A stretch of DNA of 64,000 nt from Botryllus schlosseri. Its lineage: Eukaryota. Location of the stretch: assembly GCA_051294905.1 (NCBI GenBank), contig CM119371.1, positions 13,642,001 through 13,706,000 of the forward strand, written 5' to 3'. The notes under the pieces are model-generated. The model did not search any database and was not told the DNA's origin. It was given only the letters and a program-made list of their open reading frames with translations. The translations under genes and the position numbers were made by a program. Shown piece by piece: positions 26,012 through 39,466 of the stretch (within the stretch, counting starts at the first letter, position 1; every line of letters starts with the position of its first letter).

Positions 26012-26550
26012 CAGGGTTGTAGTGACACGAGTCGCCATGTTCCGGGGACCCGACATGACTTGAGTCATTCTCTAAAAATACGGAAATGTCTCGACTTGAC
26101 TTGAGTCAATCTGTGTATTGACTCGACTTGTACTCGGGTCGCTACGCACGACTCAGACCAAGTCATACGACTAGACACTAGGAGGCCATGACCGACATTT
26201 CATTGTAATTTCAATGAGTGACGTTACCATACTATTGGTATTTTGTTAAGGCTAGGCCTACTTTAAAATGCGACCAAAAGTGAGGAAGATTAGCATATTA
26301 TGAATATGAAGATTCGATATCACCAAGCAGAGTTGTAAAAAGTGGGTTTAACAAGACTTCAACTTTAAATTGCCCAGTCAACATTATGACTTGGACAAGG
26401 GCTCAAGTCTATGACTTGACACTATGACTCGAACTCGACCCTCTGCTGGTCGACTTGGACTCGGCATTGACTTGGGGATGAGTTGAAAATGACGAGAATC
26501 AAGTCAAAACTGTAAAAGTGAGATCGAATTGTTACTTGGTTACCACACTG
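26012..26550. mobile_element. Degenerate hAT MITE with GACTT/GACTC repeats
   Basis: Termini CAGGGTTGTA...TACCACACTG, flanked by GTCTCTGC/GTCTCTAT. Confidence 0.6.
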
Positions 26551-28832
26551 GTCTCTATCTGGTTGTCTACTTGATTAAGTATACCGAAATGCCGGTAAAC
26601 TGGGGTTGCATTTAAAAAAAATCAATTTAAAACAAACATGTTCATAACAAGGCCCTAATTTAAACCATACCGTCATGAATATTGAATTGAGACGTCATAG
26701 TGGAATGACATTGACAATTGAGTAAATACAGCTCCTTTGACGAAATATCTGTACTATTAATGTTGAACCAACTATTTTGAGGGTTCCAACCACCCATATC
26801 GATATACGTCGGCTATATCGGGTGGTAATTGTACGTAGGCTCATACAGCATGTTTTTTGGAAAGTATTTACACAATTATGGCATAATTTTACAACTTGAA
26901 AAAAACACAATTTTCTTTCAAGGCATTTTTTAAAAACACTGTTTAACACACGTTTTAAACAAAGTATTTTAAAACACCGTATCTTATCTAATTTATGAAA
27001 TGTTTCTATGGTCAAATTTTAATTCTAATCTAATTTCTGGTTTATGTGAAAATGCAACAGCAGAACTGCAGAGCGCGCAACGAGCCAAGCTTGAGGCACA
27101 GAGACTTGCCATACTCTGATTTGATAAGAATGAAACGTGATTTTTGTAGTCTTTTCTTCTAATGCGGAACTTACGGTAATTCAATTTCCAAGTTTTGCAA
27201 ATTTAGTGATTCTAAATCTAACCTTACACGGAAAACCTGTGTTGCCATAATACCAATTCTAATCTATATATTGCTTTGATGAAAACACACACGCGTCAGA
27301 AACATGAACGAGATTTTATAAATATAAAGGATGAATAAAGGATGAAAGTGTATAGGCCTATATATTGTGGCAAGTTTTAGAACAGGATGGAAATATTTAT
27401 CTGTGAACAGCGATTGCCAGGCATTGTTATTTTTGCCATTTCGGGAACCAAATGCGCCCAGACTGCCCAAAATAAAATTTTGAAAATTCCAAAAATAAGG
27501 CTTTTCGATTTTTATGGACGTTTTTGATAAAAATATAAACTAGAATTGACAGCAGGAGTTTGTATGAAGTGACAAAATACATGTGTAAAGCAGAATTCTC
27601 AGATTAGACATATGCCAAAAATAACATGGCCTGGTGACTGCTGCTTCTGGTTTAGCTTCAAAACACAGTGCTGACAGCTTCATGAGCTTGTTTTTACAAT
27701 GCTTATTGATGCTTCCATAGGCCGCACAGAATGATCTCATCCAAATGAATGCCTGCTGGGAATACTAACACACTTGTGAGTCATAACAAGACAGCGTCAC
27801 AGGTTAATTAGTTTTGATGGCCTCTCAATTATTTTTGGAATATAATCATCTGGACGTGGTGCATCACAGTTCACAGTTATAATAACAAGATCCAAGAGTT
27901 GTTTGAAATGAAATAGCTTAACAACACATGTTAGCAAATTTCTCAGGAATTTATTCCTAATAGCTGTGTTAAGTGAATGCATACAACAGCTAAATGTCAA
28001 TGTTTGTACTGGGAATGTTTTGACCTAAGTTTAAACCATGTCGATCTGATTTGTAGAACCATGCATAAAATCTGGTTCATTGTTTACCTGTTATAGTCCC
28101 TCAGGATATGTAATTGAATTTGCAACAAATCCGTGAGTTGAAACTACTAATGCCAAGGCTAGGATGTACGCTATGAATCACTGCGTCGCCAATGGCCAAA
28201 TATTTTTTTCGAAGTTTCTGAAGATTGCCACACTACCAGTAGATTTATAAGTTGTAATAATCCGAATTTCAGAGCCATGGCAATTGAATGAGCCCGAACG
28301 AAACTTCTCGGGTGATTAAACTCTCAGAAATATGTGACGCCAATGTTTTATGATGCAATGAAAATATCGTGAAGTCAAATATCTGAAAGGCAGACTATCG
28401 AGAGCAGTTGGGGACACCATGTTATATAGCCATAGGCACTTTACAGATACATTTAAATCCCAGTGGCAGGCATAGGCATGATTTTAATGATAAGTAGTGG
28501 TTGGAAAGTATGTGAACACCAGACAGAATCTCGCTGTTAGCACGATCAAGATCATTCACGGAAAGACGAACTTCATCAGTGATTATGCTATCCAGTCTGT
28601 CTGTATTATTTGTGAATTAGAATTGCACGTTGACGGCCGCCAACACATGCTTATTGAATAACATGTTAATGGTCGTATCATTATTAGTCGATGGCCTCGG
28701 CTTGAACACCATCGGTCTTGACATCTGCATATGAGGCCATGATTCTCCATAACTATTTGTGAGCCAACTGAGTTTCACCAACTGAGCACGTTATGCTTCA
28801 TCATTAACGGGACAAAACTCTGCAGTCAAGTG

Positions 28833-29786
28833 CAGTGTTGGGATGACTCGAGTCACTTTTTCGTATGACTTGACTTGACTCGAGTCACTTTGCTAAAATG
28901 ACTTGACTTGACTTGACTCGGCGTATCAGAAATGTGGATTGACTCGTGACTCGGAGCAAAATTCACGAGTCAATTTCAAGTCATCAAGTAATCGGTGTCG
29001 ATAAAAATCACTGCATCTTTCCAATGTTCGGATTGTTCGCGCTACGCTGGTGTAACCCATGAGAGCGACCAGTTATTCAATGATCGTGCGTTTTACGGAG
29101 CCTCCATTGTTTTCTCACAAATATATTGATCGCAAACGAAGTTATCGAAGCTTACAGCCTACGTTGTCGCAAACTATAGTATAGTAAAGTAATTTAATAG
29201 CAAAATGTCTATTTTTGTTCTGTGTTCTCAACTTAACCAAACCACTTTTTTCATTGAAATTGAATAGAAAATAGTTTATATAGTCCTCAGCCATTGGAGC
29301 AGGCTCGAATTGTATGATATCAAATTGCAAAAGGGTAATGTATTGCATCTTATCAATTCGTTTCTCTATATTCTCTATTTTGGCTGGTAACTATAAACTG
29401 AGGCTGTGCAATTACTTCCGTAGTTTGTTATTTCTACTTATTTGTGAGCGATACAGCGCCTTAATTGCGTGTATATTTAACTCTATATCCCTTCATCGGT
29501 TCGAAATCAAAGACCACACTGTCTCAATCTGTATTTCAGACATCTAGCAAAGTAATTAAATGACATAATCACGCCTCATACCTTGAAAAGACAATTTGAC
29601 TTGAATTGTGACTTGACTCGTGACTTGACTTGACTCGACTTGACTCGAGTCACCTCCAAAAATCGACTGACTTGACTTGACTCGAGTCACCTTCGAAAAT
29701 CGATTGACTTGACTTGACTCGAGTCAAAATGTGCAATGACTCGAAATGACTCGTGACTCGAAGGTAGTGACTTGATCCCAACACTG
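28833..29786. mobile_element. Non-autonomous hAT element with GACTT repeats in the WDR45 intron
   Basis: TIR CAGTGTTGGGAT...ATCCCAACACTG and perfect TSD GTCAAGTG. Confidence 0.9.
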
Positions 29787-29899
29787 GTCAAGTGCACCAA
29801 GAGTTTACGTCTTAGATCATGGATAAATTCCATTATCTGTTGTGCGTGACATTCAACAGTCAGGACTGACGTAGAGTAGTGTAAAAACACCATAAACAC

Positions 29900-30516
29900 T
29901 AGGGTTATTCGAAAATAACTCTTTTTCCGGATTCCGGGGATTCACTCGTTAAATTGATATGCTGCCTAAAAAAAAACACTGGACACTAAATTTGGCTCGA
30001 TTCCAACTGGTACATGTGAATGCACATTGCACAGGCACAGGAATTTGGAAAGTTTGAAAATATTATGAAAATTTGGTCAAATTTTACTTTCAAACCCATG
30101 AAATTGTCAAGTTGTCACAAGAAAGATGCAAGATGCTCAGCTTACAATTCCAACCGGTAGAAGCGAAGATATTGTAGTTGAAAATTTTGAATTGGCAAAA
30201 ATAGCGTGGACGGTGGGACCGGGTAATCCAGAATTATCAATGAAAAACTCGTATAACATCACTTCTACGGGTTGGAATTGCGTCTAATTTGCTTTATATT
30301 GTTTTTGTAGGTCCAACAAAACAATTTGATAGGGTTGACAGTATAATTTAAAAATGTTTCTGATAATTTAAAAATAAATTTCAAGCTCCTGTGCGTTCAC
30401 ATCTACCAGGTGCAATCTAACTAAATTTGGTGTGCAGCCTTTATTTCAGCAACCAAGCAATTTAATCAGCGAATCCCCAGAATCCGAAAAATAAAAGTTA
30501 TTTTTGAACAACTCTA
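29900..30516. mobile_element. Older palindromic hATm-type MITE
   Basis: TAGGGTTATTCGAAAATAAC...GTTATTTTTGAACAACTCTA and TSD ATAAACAC. Same size and architecture as 21628-22247. Confidence 0.87.
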
Positions 30517-33500
30517 ATAAACACGCACAAATGTAGGCTTACTACTTTTCCATAATGTGCAATCTAATAGCAACTGTGTCACGAATGCCGATTTCCAAAC
30601 ATCCTACATTGTCAAGTCAGCATGGTATCTTCTAAGTCATAAAAACCATTGCACCATGTCACCATTCAACTGGTGCTGGTAACACCATGAGTTAAGTGTC
30701 TGCATAGATGACGACTTCCTGTACCCAACTATGACGTGCATGAGGCCTCTATGATCTAAATGCTTGAGTCAATTGGGAATCCTGGCTGATTGCCTATCCA
30801 ATAATGTTGTTCCTGCTCTAATCGAAAGGATGAGACTGGTCAGTGGTCATTCATCCCAACGTAAATTTTTCACAAGTTTAAATTTCTAAAGTAGGCCTAT
30901 TTGATTCAAGGCGCAGTACACAAATTACAGAATTCATAGTCGACTCCCAATCTATTCACAAAAGATATTCCTTTTATCATAGCTCCGAATCGTAAAATGG
31001 AAAGCCAAACGATGAAACCTCTTTGTCAGGAAATATCACATACAAATCTCAGCATATGGTGGTGTGCGAGCATAACACCAGATCACCACCATAACTGCAT
31101 CAACAGTAGCCTAGCTCATTGTAAAAGCTAACCAAAGGTAAGCTAAAATTATCTCCAGTTTCCACTGCAGTTGTTTATGATTCCATAACAATTCAAATAG
31201 AGAAACTAGCTGAAAATACGAGCCGTCTGCTAAACAGAGATGTGCAGTCGCAAATGCACACTTGCACAGGTAGCTGAGTAGCCTAAGGAGTATTATGGGC
31301 TCAAAATGGGAGTCCTCTGGTTGAATAGAAAACCATCTTGGATGTCTGTTTAGCAAGCCTGGCCTCCTGTGCTAGAGAAAGCAGCTAGTTATATTAGGCC
31401 CTGTCCCAGGACTACACAAAGTGTCATGTCGAAAATTCGAGATTAAGATTTGGACAGAACAGAGCTTATAGGGGCCTACTATAAAACGGACATGCAGCTT
31501 GGCTTCATTGCTGCGATTTCATCATCTCATCAATGTTCACAGACAGTGAATCATGTATTAAATACAGCTGGACTACTGGCCTACTACTGCTACCGATTTC
31601 CGATGAACATACGTTTTGGTAGGTCCGAGAGATGCAGTAACCCACTCAAGCGTTGAATTATTTACATGGACTATTCCTATCTTACCTTTATTAAAAATCG
31701 AAGACTTTTCGGGTGCCACTTTTCAAGAGTTATTGGCACACAAACGGGATTTGAACAGATTCAAAAGCAAAATCATTAAGGTAGACTGTGACGTAACAAT
31801 GAATAACTAAATGTTCTATTGCAATGGATGTTGTGTTGATACCTATCTTCCAGCACTTAAAATATTGGTAGTTGCACAATGCATACACCGGTATTGGTAT
31901 TAATTACTATCAAATTTCTCAGTCCACGTGATCTAACTTATCATTAGAGCTGATCGCGGCGGATTCTTAAAAAATTTTGGCCACAAAATTAATGATGATA
32001 CATTGTCGGGTTGTTCGTATTCTTACAGTGTGGCTCAGCTTGGAAGGTCACTACCATATTGAAAACAAAAAATCAAGTCTCCCTGAATCGCACGAAGAAA
32101 AGGTTGAAGTTGAATTAACATCACTGAAAAATTTGCGATTCAATTTGTTAATTCAATTGCATGTCGACGAAGACGACCGTCAACACACGCTAATCAAATT
32201 ATGAGTAAATGGCAGTCATCATGCAATTCAAATTCACGAATTAAATCACAAATTTTGAAGAGATTTCAATTCGTATATACTATTTTCGTAAGATGGCCAC
32301 CCCTGACCCAAAGCTAAGTTCTACTATGTCATGGATGAGTCAATCCCAGGAATTAGGCTAACTATCTTTCAAGGCTTGGTGAGACTGAAATGTGTTGGGA
32401 ATGGAATGAAATGAATTATGGATGGATTTTATGGCATCAGTCAACATTGGCAGCACACAAGAGCTAAAAATAGACTCTTAGCAGTACCAGTCACAGTGTA
32501 CTGATAACAGACTACCACATCCACACACATTGCCAAATTTTGAAACTTATTGTGGTTTGGTTGCAAAATATTGACACAATCCACTTGAAGGCTTAACTAA
32601 CTAGCGGACACCTCATATCATATCGAATTATGCAATTTAGAAAATTGCTTATGATGTATGAGATGTGCGTCAAATATCTAACAGCAGCTTAGCAGAAAGA
32701 ATAAAACATATGGACAGTGACAATGTAAAATTCCATTAATAACAACGGAAATCAATGCTAATATTCAACAACAGGAATACGGTAGCGGAGATGCAGAAGA
32801 TTGAGGTACCAGTATGCTTGAATTGAATTCAACAACCAAATTGCATGAAGGTATGTACACAGTGTGTGCAAGTGCAACTGATCAATTTAAAGATCTTCAC
32901 TGATCAATTCAAAGATCTTCACAATGGTAGCTCATGCCGAAGTTAGATTTCCCTTACAGATTACAATCTTTCCCAATACATATGACTCGAGCTCGAGACT
33001 GGGACAGCCAAAAAATACATAGGCCTATATTGTAACTTTGAAGAATGGTAAAGTCACAACGACACCACATTCGTATTTCGTCTATCAGTCCTGATTAGAG
33101 CCCGACCGATTGCCGGTTCGCCGATAATATAGAGTCGATATCACACTTTGGAAGAATTATCGGTATCGGCCATTAGAGGTGAAAAATATCGGCAATATTC
33201 GTGATGTCACAACATGGGGGTAGGAAGTCAGAAACCTACAATCCTTGACCACTAGACTGGGAATATTGCTGTATTTCATATGGCTTGCACTTTCAAAGTG
33301 TCTAGATGCAGCCTTTCTAGTTTATTTCATGTTCCGGTATGACAATGGCGGTAAAACTGTCGATATAAAAGCTCTGCAGTTTTGAAAATGACAGAAGGGT
33401 TTTCTTGCATACAAAACGAAAAGTTGCGTGTGGCGATGCCACCAATTCCACTCTGGAATAAGACTAATCTTGTACAGGTGGATAAATACGCGTTTAATGC

Positions 33501-33529
33501 ATCAATTTAGGAATCCGGCCCGCCAAGTA

Positions 33530-34376
33530 CCTTAATTTTCCATGTATAATGCGCAGAATTTTACCGATTTTTTGCCCTAAAATTGGGGGGCGTGTATTAT
33601 ACATGGGTACAGCAAGCCTTGAAAAAATTATCCCTCGATCAAAAACTTGAAATCACACCTTTGTTCATGTTTGTTTAAATCACGCATCACATCTAGCCAT
33701 TGGGCCCCGTAATTCTTATTATCGAGTATAACGAGCTGCCAAATGGAGAAGCGTGTTGCCAATTAATGAAAAGCGTGTTTCCAATTAACGAGAGTCGTCT
33801 GCACAGCACGCGATGTCTTGCTGAGTTGGTTTGTCGCTGTGTTGGTTTGCGGTTTGTACCCAAGTGAAATTGGGTCGCTGATTGCTACAAGCATGAGCGG
33901 AAATCCTTGCTGAGTCATAGCGACAAGGGCGGGCCTTAAAAATCGCATACACAAGAGGCCATGTGCACAAGATATAATCGCTTGCGTAATCAGTCGCATC
34001 TCCAACAGGGCTGTTGTGCCCGACATAACCGTTGGCCTGAGCAATCGCATCTGTAATTGTAATAAACCTTGTGCGCAAGATGTCGTGTCTCGCTAGCCTG
34101 AACTATCGCGTCGCCGACCTCACAGGCTTTGGCTACTATCTACTCATGTTTGGACACAATGCCCTTAATTGTATTATGATTAGCGATCATTATGTCATGA
34201 TTGTGCGACAGTAACATCGCAAAACAGAACAACATCGAATACTAAACCGCAACTATTCCTGTACTGCGAATGCAGGGTGCGTACTATACATGGGCACAGG
34301 CTTTTTCCCAGAATATACACATCATTTTAAGGGTGCGTATTATACATGGGGATGCACTATATTCGGAAAATTACGG
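33530..34376. mobile_element. Tc1/mariner (pogo-like) MITE
   Basis: TA|CC(T)TAATTTTCC...GGAAAATTACGG|TA, with GGGTGCGTATTATACATGGG subterminal motifs near both ends. Confidence 0.75.
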
Positions 34377-34599
34377 TACTTCATTTTCCCATATCCGACC
34401 CGCTGACTGGTGAAGTTGACTTGGTGAATTGAATATGACTCTATATCTCTACAATACCGCATAAAAGTGAGATTGACCTGTGACTCGGAACCTTGTGACT
34501 GGATTACCAACCTGATATAAGCTACAATTACTCAGCATTAGAACAAAGTAAGAGAATAAAATTATGGAATGTGAGTATTTCCCTGTCAACATGCAAATA

Positions 34600-36260
34600 T
34601 TTGTTAAATCCGTCTCCAGACCCTCTCAGGTTTTTCTCTAAATTTATATACAACCAAAGTATCTAGTTCTGAGTACAACGAAATTTATTTCGCAAAATTT
34701 GGTTGAACGGCTTCCAAGTTATTCTAGTGTTTAAAATGATGGTTTTGTGGTTACTCAACCATGAAATTTGGCAACACAAAACCTGTGCATGATTGTAACT
34801 GATATAGCTCAGAGGTTACGTAGAGTAAAGGTTTGAACGTTATTTAGCAATAATTGTTGGTACATGTTCTTCACTTTCCATGAATTTCCCCCGCTCCACA
34901 GTATTGGGTCAAGGTTCAAAACGCGATTTCAAAATTGGCATATTTTAAAATCAGTGATGCATAACGATATTTTTCAACTCATCTGGTGCAATTCTATTTA
35001 AACCATAATTCACAAGCAAGGTGTCATATGAAAGCTGTTCCCAACTAGAATGCACGAAACTTAGTTTTATTATAGATATTTGACAGCAACATGATTAAAA
35101 ATATAATATGGTGGATAATGTAAAATAGGTCATTTTTTAATTAATTTTAATTAATTTAATTCAGTGATTATCTGATTTTGCCATTATTATAGCCTACTTC
35201 TTACATGATAATGTGTCTCAGTAGTTAATCATTGCCATGCTCAGAAAGTACTTTTATTCAGTGCATGTGCATTATGCTTGCAAGGGGGCTTCTGGGATTA
35301 CCGACTATCAGTAATTCGAGTCAACATACAAATAATATTTCAATTCGTCTTCACGCCCTCTCAGATTTCTCTGCAATATCATGTAGCGTAGCCTACAACT
35401 GAAGTACCCAATTCTGAGTAGAATAGAATTTAATTACTATAACTTTATTGATCGGTTCTTGAGCAATTGCAGTTTGAAGAATGAGGATTTCATGCTTACT
35501 CAACCATGAAGTTTGATGAGTGGGAACCTGTGTATGATTATAACTGCTAAAATCATTACTTATACAGGTTGCAGGTAGTAATGCTGGTAAGCCCTACAGG
35601 AATCTCCGTAGGTTTTGCCTAATATAACATGACGTGACAGCCATGATTCTCCATGTTAAAGTAATTTAATAAATATTATTAAAAAATAAAAAAAAATATA
35701 GTGTGAACACAGGACAAAGATTCCATACAGGCTGGTAAGCAATAATTGGTGGTACATGTTCTTTATTGACTAGGAATTCCCCTCCGCATTCTAGAATTAA
35801 GGTTCAAATCTTGATTCGAAAATAAACATACCAGTATGTTAAAATCAGTCATGCGTAACGATATTTCTAACTCTCATGGAACAACTCTATCTAACTCAAA
35901 ATTCATAAGTAAGGTATTATATGAAAGCTGTTACCAATTAAAATACATCAGAGATGATTATGATATGAATATAAGACAGAAACACAGTTAAGTATATAAT
36001 TTGACACTTTATCCGGAACAGGTTATGCGCTATTTAGAACGCATCTTTTCAATGAAGTTTTAGACAAGTGACAGTCAAATATCACGTACAATACCAATTC
36101 AGCAACGTTCTACTCTTTCCAAGATTTTATTTAGATCACCTTAATCGAAAAAATCGGTTCAAATAGATTTATGCTAGGCAGAGTTGCATATTTGTTACGC
36201 ATGGCTGATTTTGAAAACATGATGACTTTGAATTGACATTTGACCTCTAATCCCCAATAG
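34600..36260. repeat. Degenerate internally repetitive element (direct repeats ~34740-35100 and ~35490-35990, inverted motif ~36190)
   Basis: Shared blocks TTACTCAACCATGAA, CAATAATTG.TGGTACATGTTCTT and TTAAAATCAGT.ATGC.TAACGATATTT. Termini not defined. Confidence 0.5.
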
Positions 36261-36608
36261 TAAAGGTAAAAAGTTAGGTCTATCACTATCACAATAAGCA
36301 TATACCAAAATATCTTACTACAGAAATTTAAGTCCGCCTATGGCTGCAATTAGACACAGGTTCCAAGCTGTATAGCGCTACGGCCGAGTGAGCACAAAAT
36401 GTCATTTTTCAAATTGCAATAACTCTGTAGCGAATCGTCTGATTTTTCTTGAAACAAAGTTCTTATACTCCAAATTTGATACCTGATCTATAGATGTGAA
36501 AATTTGCAATTTGATCTGAAATGTAGTGGAGACAGGCGTTCGCATATTGAGAGGGAATTACTGAATTGGGCAATAATGAGAAAGTTCAGCACAACAATTT
36601 CTACTAAC

Positions 36609-36755
36609 CTTCGAAACACTCCCAACGGTTTCGAATTCCAATTTGCACTTTTCCGTCAAAGGGTCCACGTTATAGACTCTAATCCCGTTACTCATAGCGC
36701 AGCTGAAACACGTCTTGTCCTGATTGAATTCAACTCCATTGACATTGTAATTCAT
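36609..36755 (-). CDS. WDR45: WIPI4, coding exon 1
   Basis: MNYNVNGVEFNQDKTCFSCAMSNGIRVYNVDPLTEKCKLEFETVGSVSK matches the WDR45 N-terminus (FNQD.SCF.CAM..G.R.YNV.PL.EK). Donor AAG|GTTAGT is phase 0 and joins exon 2 for 344 aa. Confidence 0.92.
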
Positions 36756-36896
36756 ATTGGTGGGTGAAGGTCAATAGCAACAGACGCAGTACATCAAAAT
36801 GACGCCGTTTCTATATTTCTGTAACAATGTCCGGTAATCTACAAATTGTCAAAAATAAATTTTAAAGCTAAAACTATAGAGGAGGGTTGGTTCGAT

Positions 36897-37026
36897 TTAT
36901 AAAGGTCAGTTTTGTTTGAAATAAAGTCAGACTCATGTTTGAAATGAGGATAGTCATGTTAGAAATACGGTCAGTCTCATGTTTGAAATAAGGTCAGTCA
37001 CTATATTCACTATAAGGTCAGTTACA
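36897..37026. repeat. 21-24-bp minisatellite (about 6 units) upstream of WDR45 exon 1
   Basis: Consensus ATAAGGTCAGTCTCATGTTTGAA. Confidence 0.8.
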
Positions 37027-37064
37027 GTATCAACATATCCAAAGCATGATACTACAGTTGGAAC

Positions 37065-38109
37065 CAGAGATGCCACTGAGATATTTTGGAAAAACCCAGA
37101 TTTGGACGTTTAAAAAACCCAGATCCTATATTTCACTCAAATTTCTATGATATAGCTGTAAAACAGTGACTGAGAGTCATCAATGACAGTTATACGGACA
37201 TAGAAGAAGTTTTAGCCCTTGATATTAAAGCCCAACGGTTCATTTTTATACTATACATGTTGCTCAGTTAAATGAGCAAATCCATCGAAATATGATGTTT
37301 TCCTCTCGACACATTGCTACCAGGCATTCGGTATGGGGGGTCAATATGTAGTGTATTATATATTCGTAATGTTAGTAACAATCCTAATTCCCATCTATCG
37401 TGAGGATGATTTTAGGGTAGTTCCAGTGACTGCGAGCTGACCAGATAGATTGAAAATAGTTTTCGATTCATTAAACCTGGGACAAACACTTTTATCTGGG
37501 ATGTTTAGTCGAAAAAGAAACTGCCAAATCATGAAATTAAGAGTACATTTGAATTTAACAAACCACTCTTCCTCTGAATAACTGGCCCAGGTACCCAAAC
37601 TGTCTCTCTTCAAGTGTCCCTGTTGAAAGTGAGTATACTCTGATGTCAACATGGTAAATTAGTTAGATCAACATTTGGTCTTTTCATGAGCATTAATTGC
37701 ATACTTTACAGCAGTTACATACTATTTACTGACACACAACGAATTTGTTGCAGCTCTGGCATTCAATTCCTTAATCATTTTGAATTGTCAAACAACTGCT
37801 CGAGAGTTGCCCTGTGAACATGACTTTCTGCGACCTATTTTCAGTAATCAATGAAGCTCTATCGCATCAAGCCCAATACCTCTCATTTTATTGGTAAACA
37901 GGTCTCTTTAGACTCAGCCGTTTCAATCACAGTGGAATCCGTCGAAATTATAAGATCTTACTAATCTAATAATCAATTATGCGCCGTAAAATTGACCTGA
38001 CAAACATGATGTTGAAAAAAACCCAGATTTCAAGCACAAAAACCCAGAAACCCAGGTGATGCTCGAAAAACCCAGATCTGGGTGGAAAAACCCAGGAGTG
38101 GCATCTCTG
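37065..38109. mobile_element. Non-autonomous hAT element, copy 1
   Basis: TIR CAGAGATGCCACT...AGTGGCATCTCTG, TSD GTTGGAAC. Highly similar to 45094-46137. Confidence 0.93.
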
Positions 38110-38114
38110 GTTGG

Positions 38115-38295
38115 AACACATCCCAGATGATGTACGAACACGCACCAAAAACGATGTCCGAGTGTCAACACAGTTCGAACACACCTAAGACACCAAGTCC
38201 GAGTGTAAACAAATGCCGAACACGCCCCAGACACCATGTCCAAATGGCAATAGGGCGAACACACCCCAGACATGATGTGCGATCGCCTAGATGTC
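38115..38295. repeat. Degenerate minisatellite
   Basis: Repeated CGAACAC.CC.AGACACCATGTCCGAGTGT-like units. Confidence 0.65.
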
Positions 38296-39466
38296 AAAGC
38301 TATAAAGGAGAGCGTATTGGAAATGACAAAAAAGAGGCCATTTAGCTGACCTCGGAGGACATTTTCGATTTCATGAAAAAGGTGTAGGCCTACGTATGGT
38401 AATCCTACCGTTGCCGGTTGGTCAAGCAACTAATGATCTTTGACAAGCTAATTTTTTAGCATAATCACATCTAGGCCTACACCATATTTCGCAAAAGTAG
38501 GGCAGTAGGGCACCTGTCCTATAAGCCTTGCACAGGCCAGGAAATTTTTCATCATTATCAACGAAAGCTGAGGTATTAGACTATCACAAATTCCTGAAAA
38601 GTTTAACAATATCTAACTTAATACAGGCCCATATACCTGAAGCCATATAGACTCATTTAAAACATCATCAAAAAGATATTGAATACAGTCAAGATACAGC
38701 AATCACGTTACACCTGAATTGACTTATGTAGGCCTAAATGAGCAGGTATTATAGTTATTACAAAGGTATAGCGGTAATTTGACCAACCTAACCTCAGCCT
38801 CAGGCAAATACATCATTCAAGTAGCCTACACTTAGATGGTCAGAAATTTATTAATGGTATGGTACATTTATCGGTAATCTTAGTCATTTATCTATTGCTT
38901 TCAGCTCTTACATATGATCTCATGTCTCATATAGCTTCAGGCTTACATTTTAGAGAAAACAGGACGAAACGCAACGTTACGGCAACGGTACATTATGTTA
39001 ATTTTGTAGAAATGTTCCTCCAGGGTCACGGTGTATCCGAGAAATGATTACATGATTATGTCGAATTTTCTTGTAAATACTGTAATAAGACTTTAATTTC
39101 GTACGATCTGGCAATATAACTGGCAGATGACCTAGATTCTGCGTCTCTTTGTGCGACACTCGCGATGTCTAATATTTATCACTGTATGGTTCGCTGAGCT
39201 CCCAATCTCCCATTGATGCTTAAAGGTCAACTGCATCTTCATAGACAACTTTGCGGAATCGTGTTCAGAATTATTTTTTATACCGAAATTGCCGACTTTA
39301 CGTATTTCAAACTAATCGGAAATTGCCGTAATTTGGACTGAAAGTCTCAAAATTTGGGTTGTTTACAGAAAAGCAGAATGTGCATTGTGACGTCAGGTAC
39401 ATGACATCTTTTCTCACCACCGCAGATGTTTGTGTACTCCCAATCGCAGGGCGATTATTTTAGTTG

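Noticed and set aside
25984..26028. ORF-track N-terminus [15 protein letters not shown] of WDR45
   Set aside because: Intron and MITE sequence read through the acceptor. The true N-terminus is at 36755-36609.
28840..29770. CRISPR-like or regularly spaced short repeats (GACTT; also AAGTAG, GGATT and GGAGTC elsewhere)
   Set aside because: These are subterminal repeats of hAT elements bounded by TIRs and TSDs. There are no unique spacers or cas genes, and the context is eukaryotic.
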